A DNA stretch of 52,118 nt from a bacterium (GTDB lineage: Bacteria; Patescibacteriota; Minisyncoccia; Minisyncoccales; CG1-02-41-26), in contig JAUXAO010000003.1 of NCBI GenBank assembly GCA_030619905.1, positions 1-52,118 on the forward strand, in the 5' to 3' direction. Numbering within the stretch: the stretch's first letter is position 1; each line of letters starts with the position of its first letter. The notes beneath the pieces were generated by a model, which searched no databases, was not told the DNA's origin, and was given only the letters and a program-made list of their open reading frames with translations. A program made the translations under genes and the position numbers. Positions 8,836-18,861 of the stretch are shown here, one piece after another.

Positions 8836-11367
8836 ATGTACAATCCTAAGAAAATAGAAAAAAAGTGGCAGAGATACTGGGAGGAACAAGATCTTCACCA
8901 AGCTAAAGATTTTTCTAGAAAGCCAAAAAAATATATTTTAATTGAATTTCCTTACCCTTCTGGTAAGGGTCTCCATGTTGGGCATTGCCGACCCTATGTT
9001 GCTTTGGATATAGTTGCTCGTAAAGCCAGAATGGAGAAGTTTAATGTTTTATTTCCTATGGGCTGGGATGCTTTTGGTTTGCCAACAGAAAACTATGCCA
9101 TTAAAACAGGCATCCATCCTATTACAGTGACTAAAAAGAACACAGCTTTCTTTAAGCGCCAGCAAAAAAGTTTGGGGCTTTCTTTTGATTGGAATCGGGA
9201 AATTAATACTACTGATCCAAATTATTATAAATGGACTCAATGGATATTTTTACAGTTTTTTAAAAAGGGGCTTGCTTATAAAAAAAAGATACCTATTAAT
9301 TGGTGTCCTTCTTGTAAAATTGGTTTAGCAAATGAGGAAGTAATTGACGGTTGCTGTGAACGCTGTGATGCCAAAGTAACAAAAAAAGAAAAAGAACAAT
9401 GGATACTAAAAATTACTAAATATGCCGAACGTTTAATTAATGGGTTAGATAAGGTTGATTATCCCGAGAGAGTCAAAATATTAGAAAAAGACTGGATAGG
9501 ACGAGGTGAGGGATATGAAGTAGTTTTTAAATTCAAATCTCAAACCTCAGAATCTATCAATATATTTACTAGCAGATTAGATACTATTTTTGGTGCTACT
9601 TATCTGGTAATTGCACCTGAACATCCTGTTTTGGAAAAACTCAGGCCCCAAATTAAGAACTTTAAATCTGTTGAAAAATATATTGAAAAAACAAAAGGAA
9701 AATTAGAGAGAGAAAGAATTGCCAAGACAAAAGAGAAAGTCGGAATAAGATTGGAAGGAATCTCAGCCATAAATCCAGCTACTGGTAAAGAAATACCTGT
9801 TTTTATCGCTGATTATGTTTTAATGCATTATGGAACAGGAGCTATTATGGGAGTACCAGCTCATGACCAGAGAGATTTTGATTTCGCTCGAGCATATAAT
9901 TTACCGGTGATTGAGGTTATTAAACCATATTCTCAAAAAGGAAAATTACCTAAAAAAGCATACTTAATTGTTTCTAATGGAAGATTTAAAAAAGCTTATG
10001 AAGGAGAAGGCATACTGATTAATTCAGGACGCTTTAATGGGATGGAATCAGGAAAAGCTTGTCAACGAATTGGCGATTTTCTGGTTCAAAAAGAAATAGC
10101 TAAAGAAGCAGTTCATTATAAATTGAGAGATTGGATTTTTTCTCGTCAACGCTATTGGGGAGAACCAATACCTCTTATTTTTTGCGAAAATTGTGCGGCT
10201 GAGATGAGAAAAAGAGTATCAAAAATTAAAGGCAGAAAGCCTAATAAAGGAGAATCATTAAACCCGGGTTGGATCACAGTACCTGAAAAAGATTTACCAG
10301 TAAAACTACCTAGAGTAAAGAAATATAAACCAACAGAAACAGGGGAATCCCCTCTAGCTGAAATTAAGCATTGGGTAAATACCAAATGTCCTAAATGTGG
10401 AGGTTCAGCAAAAAGAGAAACAGATACCATGCCGAATTGGGCAGGTTCAAACTGGTATTATTTGCGTTATTGTGATTCTAAGAATGATAAAAAGTTAGCC
10501 AGTTCAAAATTACTTCGGAAATGGATGCCAGTGGATTGGTATAATGGTGGGATGGAACATACTACCTTACATCTTCTTTATTCTCGTTTTGTTTATAAAT
10601 TCTTATGGGATATTGGAATAGTGCCTAAGTCTGTTGGGCCTGAACCATATAAGAAACGAACCTCTCACGGGATGATTTTAGGAGAAGGGTGTGTTAAAAT
10701 GTCAAAATCTAAAGGAAATATCATCAATCCTGATGATGTGATAAAAGAATACGGAGCCGATACCCTGAGAGTTTATGAAATGTTCATGGGCCCTTTTGAG
10801 GAAGCAATTGCTTGGAATAGCAAAGGAGTGAAAGGAGCAAGGCGTTTTCTAGATAAGGTTTGGAAATTGAAAGATAATGTAAACCAAAAATCAAGAATCA
10901 AAAATCAGGGATTTAAAAAACTGGTTCATAAAACGATAAAGAAAGTAAGCGACGATATTGAACACTTAAAATTTAATACAGCGATTTCTTGTTTAATGAT
11001 TTTGGTAAACGAGATAGAAAAACAAGAAAATATTCCTTTGAAATATTATTCTTTGTTTTTAACTCTTTTAAGCCCCTTTGCCCCTCATCTGAGTGAAGAG
11101 ATTTGGTCTGAATTAGGGCATAAAAAGAGTATTTTTCTGCATAAGTGGCCCAAATATGACCCAGAATTAATAGAAGAGGAAACTTTCACTTTAGTAATCC
11201 AAATCAATGGAAAGGTTCGTGATAAAATAGAAACAAATATTAATATTTCTGAGAAAAAAGCGAAAAAACTCGCCTTGTCTCAACAAAAAATCAAAAATTG
11301 GATTGGCCGAAATAAAATTAAAAAGACAATCTTTGTTCCGAAAAAATTAATTAATTTTGTTATATAA
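8836..11367 (+). CDS. leuS: Leucine--tRNA ligase
   Basis: FPYPSGKGLHVGH, GTGAIMGVPAHDQRD editing domain, KMSKSKGN. Confidence 0.97.
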   Translation: MYNPKKIEKKWQRYWEEQDLHQAKDFSRKPKKYILIEFPYPSGKGLHVGHCRPYVALDIVARKARMEKFNVLFPMGWDAFGLPTENYAIKTGIHPITVTKKNTAFFKRQQKSLGLSFDWNREINTTDPNYYKWTQWIFLQFFKKGLAYKKKIPINWCPSCKIGLANEEVIDGCCERCDAKVTKKEKEQWILKITKYAERLINGLDKVDYPERVKILEKDWIGRGEGYEVVFKFKSQTSESINIFTSRLDTIFGATYLVIAPEHPVLEKLRPQIKNFKSVEKYIEKTKGKLERERIAKTKEKVGIRLEGISAINPATGKEIPVFIADYVLMHYGTGAIMGVPAHDQRDFDFARAYNLPVIEVIKPYSQKGKLPKKAYLIVSNGRFKKAYEGEGILINSGRFNGMESGKACQRIGDFLVQKEIAKEAVHYKLRDWIFSRQRYWGEPIPLIFCENCAAEMRKRVSKIKGRKPNKGESLNPGWITVPEKDLPVKLPRVKKYKPTETGESPLAEIKHWVNTKCPKCGGSAKRETDTMPNWAGSNWYYLRYCDSKNDKKLASSKLLRKWMPVDWYNGGMEHTTLHLLYSRFVYKFLWDIGIVPKSVGPEPYKKRTSHGMILGEGCVKMSKSKGNIINPDDVIKEYGADTLRVYEMFMGPFEEAIAWNSKGVKGARRFLDKVWKLKDNVNQKSRIKNQGFKKLVHKTIKKVSDDIEHLKFNTAISCLMILVNEIEKQENIPLKYYSLFLTLLSPFAPHLSEEIWSELGHKKSIFLHKWPKYDPELIEEETFTLVIQINGKVRDKIETNINISEKKAKKLALSQQKIKNWIGRNKIKKTIFVPKKLINFVI

Positions 11368-11381
11368 ACTAATTTAATCTT

Positions 11382-13031
11382 ATGGAGGAAATTCTTTCAG
11401 ATAAAATTGGTAAAAAGATAATTTTACTTGGCAATGATGCCATACTAAGGGGAGCTTTGGAGTCAGGGGTTCAATTTGTTTCAACCTATCCTGGTACTCC
11501 GGCTTCAGAAATTGGGAATACTCTTTATAGAATTCAAAGTTCAAAATTTAAAATTAAGAATTTCTATTTTGAATTTTCAACTAATGAAAAAGTTGCTATG
11601 GAGGCAGGAGCAGGAGCTTCTTTTTCTGGTCTAAGGACTTTAGTGGTCATGAAACATTTTGGTCTTAATGTAGCTTCAGATTTTCTAATGCCCCTTGTCT
11701 ATTCCGGAATTAAAGGTGGAATGGTAATTGTTGTTGCTGATGATCCGAATTGCTGGAGTTCTGCCCAATCAGAACAGGATATAAGAGCGTTTGCCCAGTT
11801 AGCCCATATTCCAATACTAGAGCCATCTGATTCTCAAGAATGTAAGGATTTTACAAAATTAGCTTTTGAAATTTCTGAAAAGTTTAAAATTCCAGTAATG
11901 ATTAGAGAAACAACAAGAGTAGCTTTGCAAAGCGGGATTGTTAAACTAGGCAAGATTATCCTAGGGAAAAGAAAGGGGAAGTTTGTTAAAGATCCTCATC
12001 AGTTTGTAACAATGCCGCCAAGGGTTTTGGAAATGAAGAAAGAACTTCTTAAAAAAATCAGGAGGATAAAAAAGGAAATTTCTGAAAAATCTCCTTTAAA
12101 TAAAACCTATGGAAAAAACTCTAAAATTGGAATTATTACTTTTGGTGTTTCTTTTTTATACGCGATGGAGGCATTAAAAGATCTTAATTTAAATTTACCA
12201 GTTTTAAAACTGGGATTTTTTTATCCTTTGCCAAAAGAAAAGATTAAAAAATTCATTAAAAATTTTAAAAAAGTTTTAATAGTTGAAGAACTTGAACCTT
12301 ATTTGGAGAAAGAAGTGAAAGAGTTAGCTAAAGAAGTCAATACTAAACTTCAAATTTTTGGCAAAGACTTGTTACCAGAAGTTGGTGAATTCCGGCCGGA
12401 ATATGTTATGAAAGCGGTAGCAAAATTAACAGGAAAAAGATGGAAAATTTCTGAGTCAAAACTTCCGGATTTTCCAAAACGGCGCCCTCAACTTTGTCCT
12501 GGTTGTCCTTATTGGCTGGTGTTTCAAGGAGTGAAGAAAGCCGCAAACCCAAAGGAAGTCATTTTTGGAGGAGAGATTGGATGTTATATGTTAGCTGGTT
12601 TAGCTCCCCACTATATTCAAGATTATCTTTTTTGCATGGGGTCTTCGGTAGGGATAGCTCATGGAATTAAAAAATCTAGTAAACAAAAATTAATTGCTTT
12701 TGTTGGTGATTCATCATTTTTTCACAGCGGGATTCCTGCTTTGATAAATGCTGTCCATAATAAATCAAACCCCTTGGTTGTTATCATGGATAACCGAACT
12801 ACAGCAATGACAGGTCATCAGCCTCATCCTGGCACAGAGAAGACAGGTATGGGAGAGAAAACAGAAGCAACAAAAATCGAAGACATTGTCAAAGCCTGCG
12901 GGGTTAAAAATTTAAAAATCATTGATCCAATAAATCAAAAAGAGTTTATAAAAACAGTGCAGAAGTTTTTAAAAAACAAAGAAGTTTCAGTAATTATTGC
13001 TAGAAGGTCTTGTTTATTTATTAAAATATGA
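11382..13031 (+). CDS. iorA: Indolepyruvate:ferredoxin oxidoreductase alpha-like subunit lacking the C-terminal ferredoxin domain
   Basis: YPGTP, STNEKVAME, MKHFGLNVASD, RPQLCPGCP, TPP motif GDSSFFHSG...DNRTTAMTGHQ. Confidence 0.88.
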   Translation: MEEILSDKIGKKIILLGNDAILRGALESGVQFVSTYPGTPASEIGNTLYRIQSSKFKIKNFYFEFSTNEKVAMEAGAGASFSGLRTLVVMKHFGLNVASDFLMPLVYSGIKGGMVIVVADDPNCWSSAQSEQDIRAFAQLAHIPILEPSDSQECKDFTKLAFEISEKFKIPVMIRETTRVALQSGIVKLGKIILGKRKGKFVKDPHQFVTMPPRVLEMKKELLKKIRRIKKEISEKSPLNKTYGKNSKIGIITFGVSFLYAMEALKDLNLNLPVLKLGFFYPLPKEKIKKFIKNFKKVLIVEELEPYLEKEVKELAKEVNTKLQIFGKDLLPEVGEFRPEYVMKAVAKLTGKRWKISESKLPDFPKRRPQLCPGCPYWLVFQGVKKAANPKEVIFGGEIGCYMLAGLAPHYIQDYLFCMGSSVGIAHGIKKSSKQKLIAFVGDSSFFHSGIPALINAVHNKSNPLVVIMDNRTTAMTGHQPHPGTEKTGMGEKTEATKIEDIVKACGVKNLKIIDPINQKEFIKTVQKFLKNKEVSVIIARRSCLFIKI

Positions 13032-13606
13032 AAAAAGAATTTAATATAATTATATCTGGAGTTGGAGGACAGGGAATAATAACATTAACCAGAATTTTAA
13101 CAGAAGCAGCCTTAATTGAGAGATATGACCTTAAGAGTTCAGAGCTCCACGGACTTTCTCAAAGAGGCGGTTCAGTGGAAAGTCATATTAGATTTGGTCA
13201 AAAAATTTATTCTCCTTTAGTAAAAATAGGTGGAAGTGATTTGATAATTTCTCTTGAATCTCAAGAAGCACTAAAGGTTTGCTACTATGCCTCTAAAACA
13301 AACACCATATTTTTAGTGAATGATTTTATCAAGCCAATCTTAAATGCAAAAGTTTTTTCTTCTAAAAATATTTCTAAAGAACTCAAAAGATTTTCAAAAA
13401 GATTATTTTTTGTTCCTGCTTCGAAAATTACTAAGGAGAAATTAGACAAAGAAGTTTTGGCTGGGGTGTATCTTTTAGGATATGCAGTATTCAAAAAATT
13501 AATTCCTTTAAAACCAAATTCAGTTTTAAAAGCAATTGAGAAAATTGTTCCTAAAAAATATTTTTTGCTAAATAAAAAAGCTTTTTACTTGACAAGATAT
13601 GATTAA
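13028..13606 (+). CDS. iorB: Indolepyruvate oxidoreductase beta subunit
   Basis: SGVGGQG, ELHGLSQRGGSVESHIRFG; 4-bp overlap with iorA. Confidence 0.88.
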   Translation: MKKEFNIIISGVGGQGIITLTRILTEAALIERYDLKSSELHGLSQRGGSVESHIRFGQKIYSPLVKIGGSDLIISLESQEALKVCYYASKTNTIFLVNDFIKPILNAKVFSSKNISKELKRFSKRLFFVPASKITKEKLDKEVLAGVYLLGYAVFKKLIPLKPNSVLKAIEKIVPKKYFLLNKKAFYLTRYD

Positions 13607-14330
13607 AAAAGTAGTTATTGCAGCGGCGGGAAAAGGGACTCGCATGCTCCATCTTACTAAAAATAAATCTAAACATCTTATCAAGGTTCAGAAAAGACCT
13701 TTTTTGTCTTATCTTTTAGACAATCTTATAAAAGCAGGATATAAAGATTTGATCTTGGTAGTTGGTTATAAAGAAGAGGTCACGAGAGATTTTCTAAAAA
13801 AGTATAGATATAACATTCAAGTTATCAGTCAATTTAAAATTCTTAAAAAAGAAGAATACGGAACCTTGTGTCCCTTAAAATGTGTAAAAGATATTATTAA
13901 AGAGAATTTTTTAATGGTTTATGGTGACAATCTTTACTCAATAAAAGATCTTAAAGCACTTAATATTGATGATAATTATAACTATGTAGCTGGATTTTCC
14001 CATAAGCAGCCCGAAAGGTATGGAGTTCTTATTTCTAATAACGGTTTTTTAAAAGAAATTATTGAAAAACCTAAAAAGCATGTTGGTAATTTAATTAATA
14101 CCGGTCTCTATAAATTCACTCCTGAGATATTTGATAAAATTCCTGAGATTTGTCAGTCTCCTCGTGGAGAATATGAATTAACTGATGCGATCACTCTTTT
14201 AGCTAAAGAGAAAAAAGTAAAAATTAAGAGAATCAAAGATTATTGGCTTGATTTTGGAAACCCAGCTGATATCTTAAAGGTCTCCCGATTTTTAAAAAAT
14301 GAATCATCTCATCTTTCAACAAATAAATAA
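13599..14330 (+). CDS. Sugar-phosphate nucleotidyltransferase (NTP_transferase family)
   Basis: AAAGKGTRM, VYGDNL, EKPK, SPRGEYELTDA. Confidence 0.88.
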   Translation: MIKKVVIAAAGKGTRMLHLTKNKSKHLIKVQKRPFLSYLLDNLIKAGYKDLILVVGYKEEVTRDFLKKYRYNIQVISQFKILKKEEYGTLCPLKCVKDIIKENFLMVYGDNLYSIKDLKALNIDDNYNYVAGFSHKQPERYGVLISNNGFLKEIIEKPKKHVGNLINTGLYKFTPEIFDKIPEICQSPRGEYELTDAITLLAKEKKVKIKRIKDYWLDFGNPADILKVSRFLKNESSHLSTNK

Positions 14331-14814
14331 TCTTGCCTTAAAGAATCTTTATCTAGACGAAGTGGCTATTTTTTGCGCTCAGTATCTGGGTTATATTCTC
14401 GTTGCGGTTTTATTTGTTTTTTTACTTAAAAAATTTAAAAACTATTACAGAATAGCAGTTGAAGTTTTAGCCTCAGTAATATTGTCTAGATTAGTTATTG
14501 TAGAGATTATTCGTTGGTTTTGGCCTCAATCAAGACCATTTGTTGTAAACCAGGTAAATCTTCTTTTACATCATGCTCCTTCGGCATCTTTTCCTTCCGG
14601 TCATACTGCTTTCTTTTTTGCTTTATCTGCTTTAATTTATTTTTACAATAAAAAAACAGGCATTCTACTTTTATCAGCCAGTTTCTTAATTGGTATTAGT
14701 CGAGTTTTCTGCGGTCTTCATTGGCCCGCTGATATTTTGGGTGGTGCATTAGTTGGTATTTTTTCAGCATTTGTTATTAAAAAAATCTCTAGATATCAAA
14801 TATCGAGAGATTAA
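14299..14814 (+). CDS. PAP2 family phosphatase (undecaprenyl-diphosphatase-like)
   Basis: RP, SFPSGH and SRVFCGLHWPAD motifs. Confidence 0.9.
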   Translation: MNHLIFQQINNLALKNLYLDEVAIFCAQYLGYILVAVLFVFLLKKFKNYYRIAVEVLASVILSRLVIVEIIRWFWPQSRPFVVNQVNLLLHHAPSASFPSGHTAFFFALSALIYFYNKKTGILLLSASFLIGISRVFCGLHWPADILGGALVGIFSAFVIKKISRYQISRD

Positions 14815-14817
14815 AAG

Positions 14818-14900
14818 TGCCGCGGGTGGGAGTCGAACCCACATGGGTAAAACCCACACGATTTTGAATCGTGCGCGTAAACCAATTCCGCCACCGCGGC
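14818..14900 (-). tRNA. tRNA-Leu(CAA)
   Basis: Reverse complement GCCGCGG...CACGA-TTCAAAA-TCGTG (anticodon CAA), long variable arm, GGTTCGACTCC T-loop, CCGCGGC-A acceptor; CCA not encoded. Confidence 0.95.
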
Positions 14901-14936
14901 TTACTTATTTTACATTATCACTAATTTTATTCTATT

Positions 14937-16697
14937 TCAATTCTTAGGAATTCCCCAACTGGCATCAATGATTTTTTGAGGCCATTTTTTTTCGAGTTTT
15001 TTTAAATTCTCACAATTAACTTTATGTATCGAAGCTCCTTTTTCTTTTGAAATAAAAGCTTTGATTTTATCACTTGGCTTAGGAGAACAGCATTTAGCTA
15101 AGTTTATTGAAAATCCTGTTTCTTTTCCCAGATAGACTTTTTGAATTTTTGGTTTTTCAGGTTTTTTCCTAAGATGAATTAATTTTTTAAAGATTGAAAG
15201 TTTTCTTTTGATTGCTGATATCGGCCTTAAAGAAAGCTTTTCCCATTTTTTATTTCTCTCCAAGCATTTTCTTATTCTTTCTTTAGCAACTTTAGTTTTA
15301 ACGAATCTAAGCCAATCTTGGGAAGGGGTTTCTTCTTTACTTGTAATAATTTCCACTAAATCTCCATTTTTTAGAGGACGTGACAATTTACTCATCTTTC
15401 TGTTTATTTTGACTTCTCTACAGTAGTCGCCAACTTCGCTATGGATAGCATAAGCAAAATCAATAGGGCATGAACCCTTTGGCAAATTAATCACATCTCC
15501 TTTGGGAGTAAAAACAAAAATTCTATCTTTAAAAAGATTGAAGTCTAAATATCCCGAAAGATCTTCAAGGTTTTTAATTTTCTCGCTCAAAATTCTCAGT
15601 TCTTCTGTCCAAGAAAATTTATCTTTGTAGATTTTTTCTGGTATTTTTTCTTTATAAGATAAATGAGCAGCAATTCCATATTCGGCTTCGTGATGCATCC
15701 AAGGAGTTTTAATTTGGAATTCTGTTATTTTATCATCTAAACAGGAAACAGTAGTGTGTAAAGATCTATAACGATTTGGTTTTGGGGAAGCAATATAATC
15801 TTTAATTCTTCCTTCCAATGGATCCCAGGTTTTATGAATTATTCCCAGAACCTTGTAGCAATTTTCAATATCAGAAACAATTATTCTAAGAGCAACCAAA
15901 TCGTAAATTTCCCCAAAATTCATGTCATGTCTTAAAAGTTTTTCGTAAAGACTGAAGTAATGTTTTGTTCGAGCATGGATATCAATAAAAGGTATTTTTT
16001 CATTATTTAAAATTTTTATTGAGGTTTCCTTAACTCTTTTAAGATATTTTTCTTTTTTTACATATTTTTCTCTCACATTCTCCATTAACCAGTTAAACTC
16101 TTTTGGATAAAGATATGGGAAGGCCAAATCTTCAAGTTGCCCCTTTATTTCTCCCATACCAATTCCATAAGCTAGGGGAGCAAATATTTCCAAACTTTCC
16201 AGAGCCATTCTTTTTTGTTCTTCTTTTGGAAATTTGTTAATATTCCTCATTTCGTCAAGCCGGTCTGCCAATTTTATAAAAATTGTCCTTATGTCTCTTG
16301 TAATAACAAAAAACATTTTTCTTAAATTTTCTGGTTGCGGATTTAAAGAGAATTTTTGTCTTTTACGAATAGGAAGAACTTTAATCTTTCTTATTGGATA
16401 GCGAAGATTACTCAGCCGCTTGGCTTTTTTAACCAAAAAAGAAACATCTTTTCGAAACTCATTTTTAAGTTCTCTCTGACTTTTTTCTCCAATTTGATGT
16501 AAAATTCCTGCAGCTATTGTTTCTTCTTTACTTCCCATTTCTTTCAAAATCAAGCCGACTCTTAAAGAATGAGCAAAAGCAAATTCCTCTTCTTTAAAAT
16601 TCTTTTTGAGAACTTCTAAAGCTTTATCAATTATCTCTGGTTGACTTAGTCCTTGTTTAATTTTATCGCTAGTTTTTTCCATTTTTTGTGAAATCAC
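14937..16697 (-). CDS. RelA/SpoT homolog: (p)ppGpp synthetase, TGS and CC/ZFD domains, degenerate hydrolase, no ACT domain
   Basis: RTKHYFSLYEK, YDLVALRII, RIKDYI, YRSLHTTV, EFQIKT; TGS VFTPKGD...PIDFAYAIHSEVG; LHQIGEK in place of LHDxxED. Start may be Met 16682. Confidence 0.9.
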   Translation of the reverse strand: MISQKMEKTSDKIKQGLSQPEIIDKALEVLKKNFKEEEFAFAHSLRVGLILKEMGSKEETIAAGILHQIGEKSQRELKNEFRKDVSFLVKKAKRLSNLRYPIRKIKVLPIRKRQKFSLNPQPENLRKMFFVITRDIRTIFIKLADRLDEMRNINKFPKEEQKRMALESLEIFAPLAYGIGMGEIKGQLEDLAFPYLYPKEFNWLMENVREKYVKKEKYLKRVKETSIKILNNEKIPFIDIHARTKHYFSLYEKLLRHDMNFGEIYDLVALRIIVSDIENCYKVLGIIHKTWDPLEGRIKDYIASPKPNRYRSLHTTVSCLDDKITEFQIKTPWMHHEAEYGIAAHLSYKEKIPEKIYKDKFSWTEELRILSEKIKNLEDLSGYLDFNLFKDRIFVFTPKGDVINLPKGSCPIDFAYAIHSEVGDYCREVKINRKMSKLSRPLKNGDLVEIITSKEETPSQDWLRFVKTKVAKERIRKCLERNKKWEKLSLRPISAIKRKLSIFKKLIHLRKKPEKPKIQKVYLGKETGFSINLAKCCSPKPSDKIKAFISKEKGASIHKVNCENLKKLEKKWPQKIIDASWGIPKN

Positions 16698-18717
16698 ATT
16701 CCTTATTTGAACAACTTATTCTTCCTTTTTTATCAATAACCAGAAGAGAGCCACATTCTGAGCATATCTCTCCATTAGGTTTATCCCATAAAGCAAAATC
16801 GCATTTTGGCCACTTATTGCATCCATAAAATATTTTGCCTTTTTTTGTTTTCTTTTCCACTATTTCTCCTTTTTTACATTGGGGGCATTTGATTCCTAAG
16901 CTAGATCTGGGGAGGGATTCTTTGTATTTGCATTTTGGAAATTGGCTGCAACTATAAAATTTTCCGTAACGACTCCATCTTAGCACCAGAGGACTGTTGC
17001 ACTGAGGGCAAATTTTATCAGTTTTTTCTACCATATCTTTCTTCGGAATTTCTTTATACTTTTGTTTTAGATTTTCCTGGAATGGCTCGTAAAAATTATG
17101 TAAAGTTTTTACCCAATCTTCTTTTCCAGCAGCAATCTTATCTAAATTTTCTTCCATTTGAGCTGTAAATTTAATGTCGACTATTTTAGGAAAATGCTTA
17201 ACTAAAATATCATTTACTAAAATTCCAATTTGAGTCGGCTGAAATCTTTTCTCTTCATTTTTTTTAACATAATTTCTTCTCTGAATAGTATCTAAGGTTG
17301 GAGCATAAGTTGAAGGTCTGCCAATTCCTTCTTTTTCTAAAATTTTAATTAAGCTTGCCTCAGTATATCTAGCAGGAGGTTGAGTAAAATGCTGAGAAGG
17401 AATAAGTTTTTTAAGATTTAATATTTGGTTTTTCTTGAGTAAAGGAAGATCAACTTCTTCTCTCTTTATTGGATAAACCTTTAAAAATCCGTCAAATTTT
17501 AATATTTGTCCAGTAGCCCGGAAAATATAATTTTTAGCCGAAATATTAATTTGGCTGGAATCGAACTTAGCTTCACTCATTTGACAGGCGATAAATTTTC
17601 GCCAAATTAAATCATATAATCGATATTGTTGATCATCTAATTTTATTTTTAACTTCAATTCTTCCGGAGTTTTATCGAGAAAAGTTGGTCTTATCGCTTC
17701 ATGGGCTTCCTGGGCAGTTTTTGACTTTGTTTTGTATTTTCTGGAGAATCCCGGCCAATATTCTTTTCCGTATTTTTCAGTAATAAATTTTTTAGCTCCA
17801 GATAATGATTGATCAGAAAGATTTAGAGAATCTGTTCGATGATAAGAAATGAGTCCTCTCTCGTAAAGATTTTGGGCAAGATACATAGTTTTCTTAGCTG
17901 AAAAGTATAACTTAGCCCAAGCTTGCTGCTGCAGACTACTAGTAGTAAAAGGAGGAAAAGGGTTTTTTTTGACTTCTTTTTTCTCAATGTTAATTACTTT
18001 GTATTCAGCACCTTCTAATTTTTTAGTAATCTTATCTGCTTCTTTTTTTGTTTTAATTCCTAGTTTTAAGATAGCTTTTCCATCTTCTTTAATCAGCATT
18101 GCTTTAAATTCTTTTTTTGTATGTGCTTGAAGTAGAGCTTCAATACTCCAATATTCTTCTGGTTTAAAGTTTTCGATTTCTTTTTCTCTTTCTACTACCA
18201 ATTTTACAGCTACTGATTGAACTCTTCCGGCAGATAATCCTCTCATTATCTTTTTCCAGAGAAGAGGGGAAAGTTTATAACCAACTAATCTATCTAAAAT
18301 TCTTCTTGCCTGCTGAGCATTAACCAGATTTATATCAATTTTTCTTGGATTTTTAAGAGCTTTTTCAATGGCACTTTTTGTGATTTCATGGAAAACAATC
18401 CTTTGATAAGATTTTTCGTCTTTTAAATTTAAAGCCTTGGTTAAATGATAAGCAATTGCTTCTCCTTCTCTATCTTTGTCAGTGGCAATTATGACAATTC
18501 CAGATTTTGGTAAGTGTTTTTTTAACTCTTTGACTTTTTCTTTTGCCTTATAGGGGATAACATATTTTGGTTTGAAATCATGTTCAATATCCACTCCTAA
18601 TTCTTTTTTCGGTAGGTCTCTGATATGACCGTAGGAAGACAAGACCTTGTATTTCGGGCCTAAAAATTGGCTGACAGTTTTACTTTTTATAGGACTCTCT
18701 ACTATAACTAAATTCAT
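16669..18717 (-). CDS. topA: DNA topoisomerase I (type IA) with zinc ribbons
   Basis: LVIVESP, ATDKDREGE, SAGRVQS, GIGRPSTYA, C-terminal C4 zinc fingers. Confidence 0.96.
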   Translation of the reverse strand: MNLVIVESPIKSKTVSQFLGPKYKVLSSYGHIRDLPKKELGVDIEHDFKPKYVIPYKAKEKVKELKKHLPKSGIVIIATDKDREGEAIAYHLTKALNLKDEKSYQRIVFHEITKSAIEKALKNPRKIDINLVNAQQARRILDRLVGYKLSPLLWKKIMRGLSAGRVQSVAVKLVVEREKEIENFKPEEYWSIEALLQAHTKKEFKAMLIKEDGKAILKLGIKTKKEADKITKKLEGAEYKVINIEKKEVKKNPFPPFTTSSLQQQAWAKLYFSAKKTMYLAQNLYERGLISYHRTDSLNLSDQSLSGAKKFITEKYGKEYWPGFSRKYKTKSKTAQEAHEAIRPTFLDKTPEELKLKIKLDDQQYRLYDLIWRKFIACQMSEAKFDSSQINISAKNYIFRATGQILKFDGFLKVYPIKREEVDLPLLKKNQILNLKKLIPSQHFTQPPARYTEASLIKILEKEGIGRPSTYAPTLDTIQRRNYVKKNEEKRFQPTQIGILVNDILVKHFPKIVDIKFTAQMEENLDKIAAGKEDWVKTLHNFYEPFQENLKQKYKEIPKKDMVEKTDKICPQCNSPLVLRWSRYGKFYSCSQFPKCKYKESLPRSSLGIKCPQCKKGEIVEKKTKKGKIFYGCNKWPKCDFALWDKPNGEICSECGSLLVIDKKGRISCSNKECDFTKNGKN

Positions 18718-18720
18718 ATT

Positions 18721-18861
18721 TTAGAGTGTTAATGCAAAGATATTACCTTCTAAGTTTTTTACTTTACTTTCAGTTTTCATTAAAGTCAAGATCAAGAAAG
18801 CTATTTAAATGGAAAGGTTTATTCTTTTAATAATTTTATCTATATGTATTGATTCCTTCCT
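18721..18861 (-). pseudogene. Decayed 3' end of dprA (winged-helix domain remnant)
   Basis: In frame after the dprA TGA: RKESIHIDKIIKRINLSI*IAFLILTLMKTESKVKNLEGNIFALTL*; ends 3 bp before the topA start. Confidence 0.7.

Noticed and set aside
14818-14900. tRNA-Leu as the integration site of an island
   Set aside because: I found no duplicate of its 3' end in the window, and both flanks are housekeeping genes.
14753-14947. 64-aa ORF on the + strand
   Set aside because: Antisense shadow of tRNA-Leu (SAAGGSRTH pattern); not a protein.
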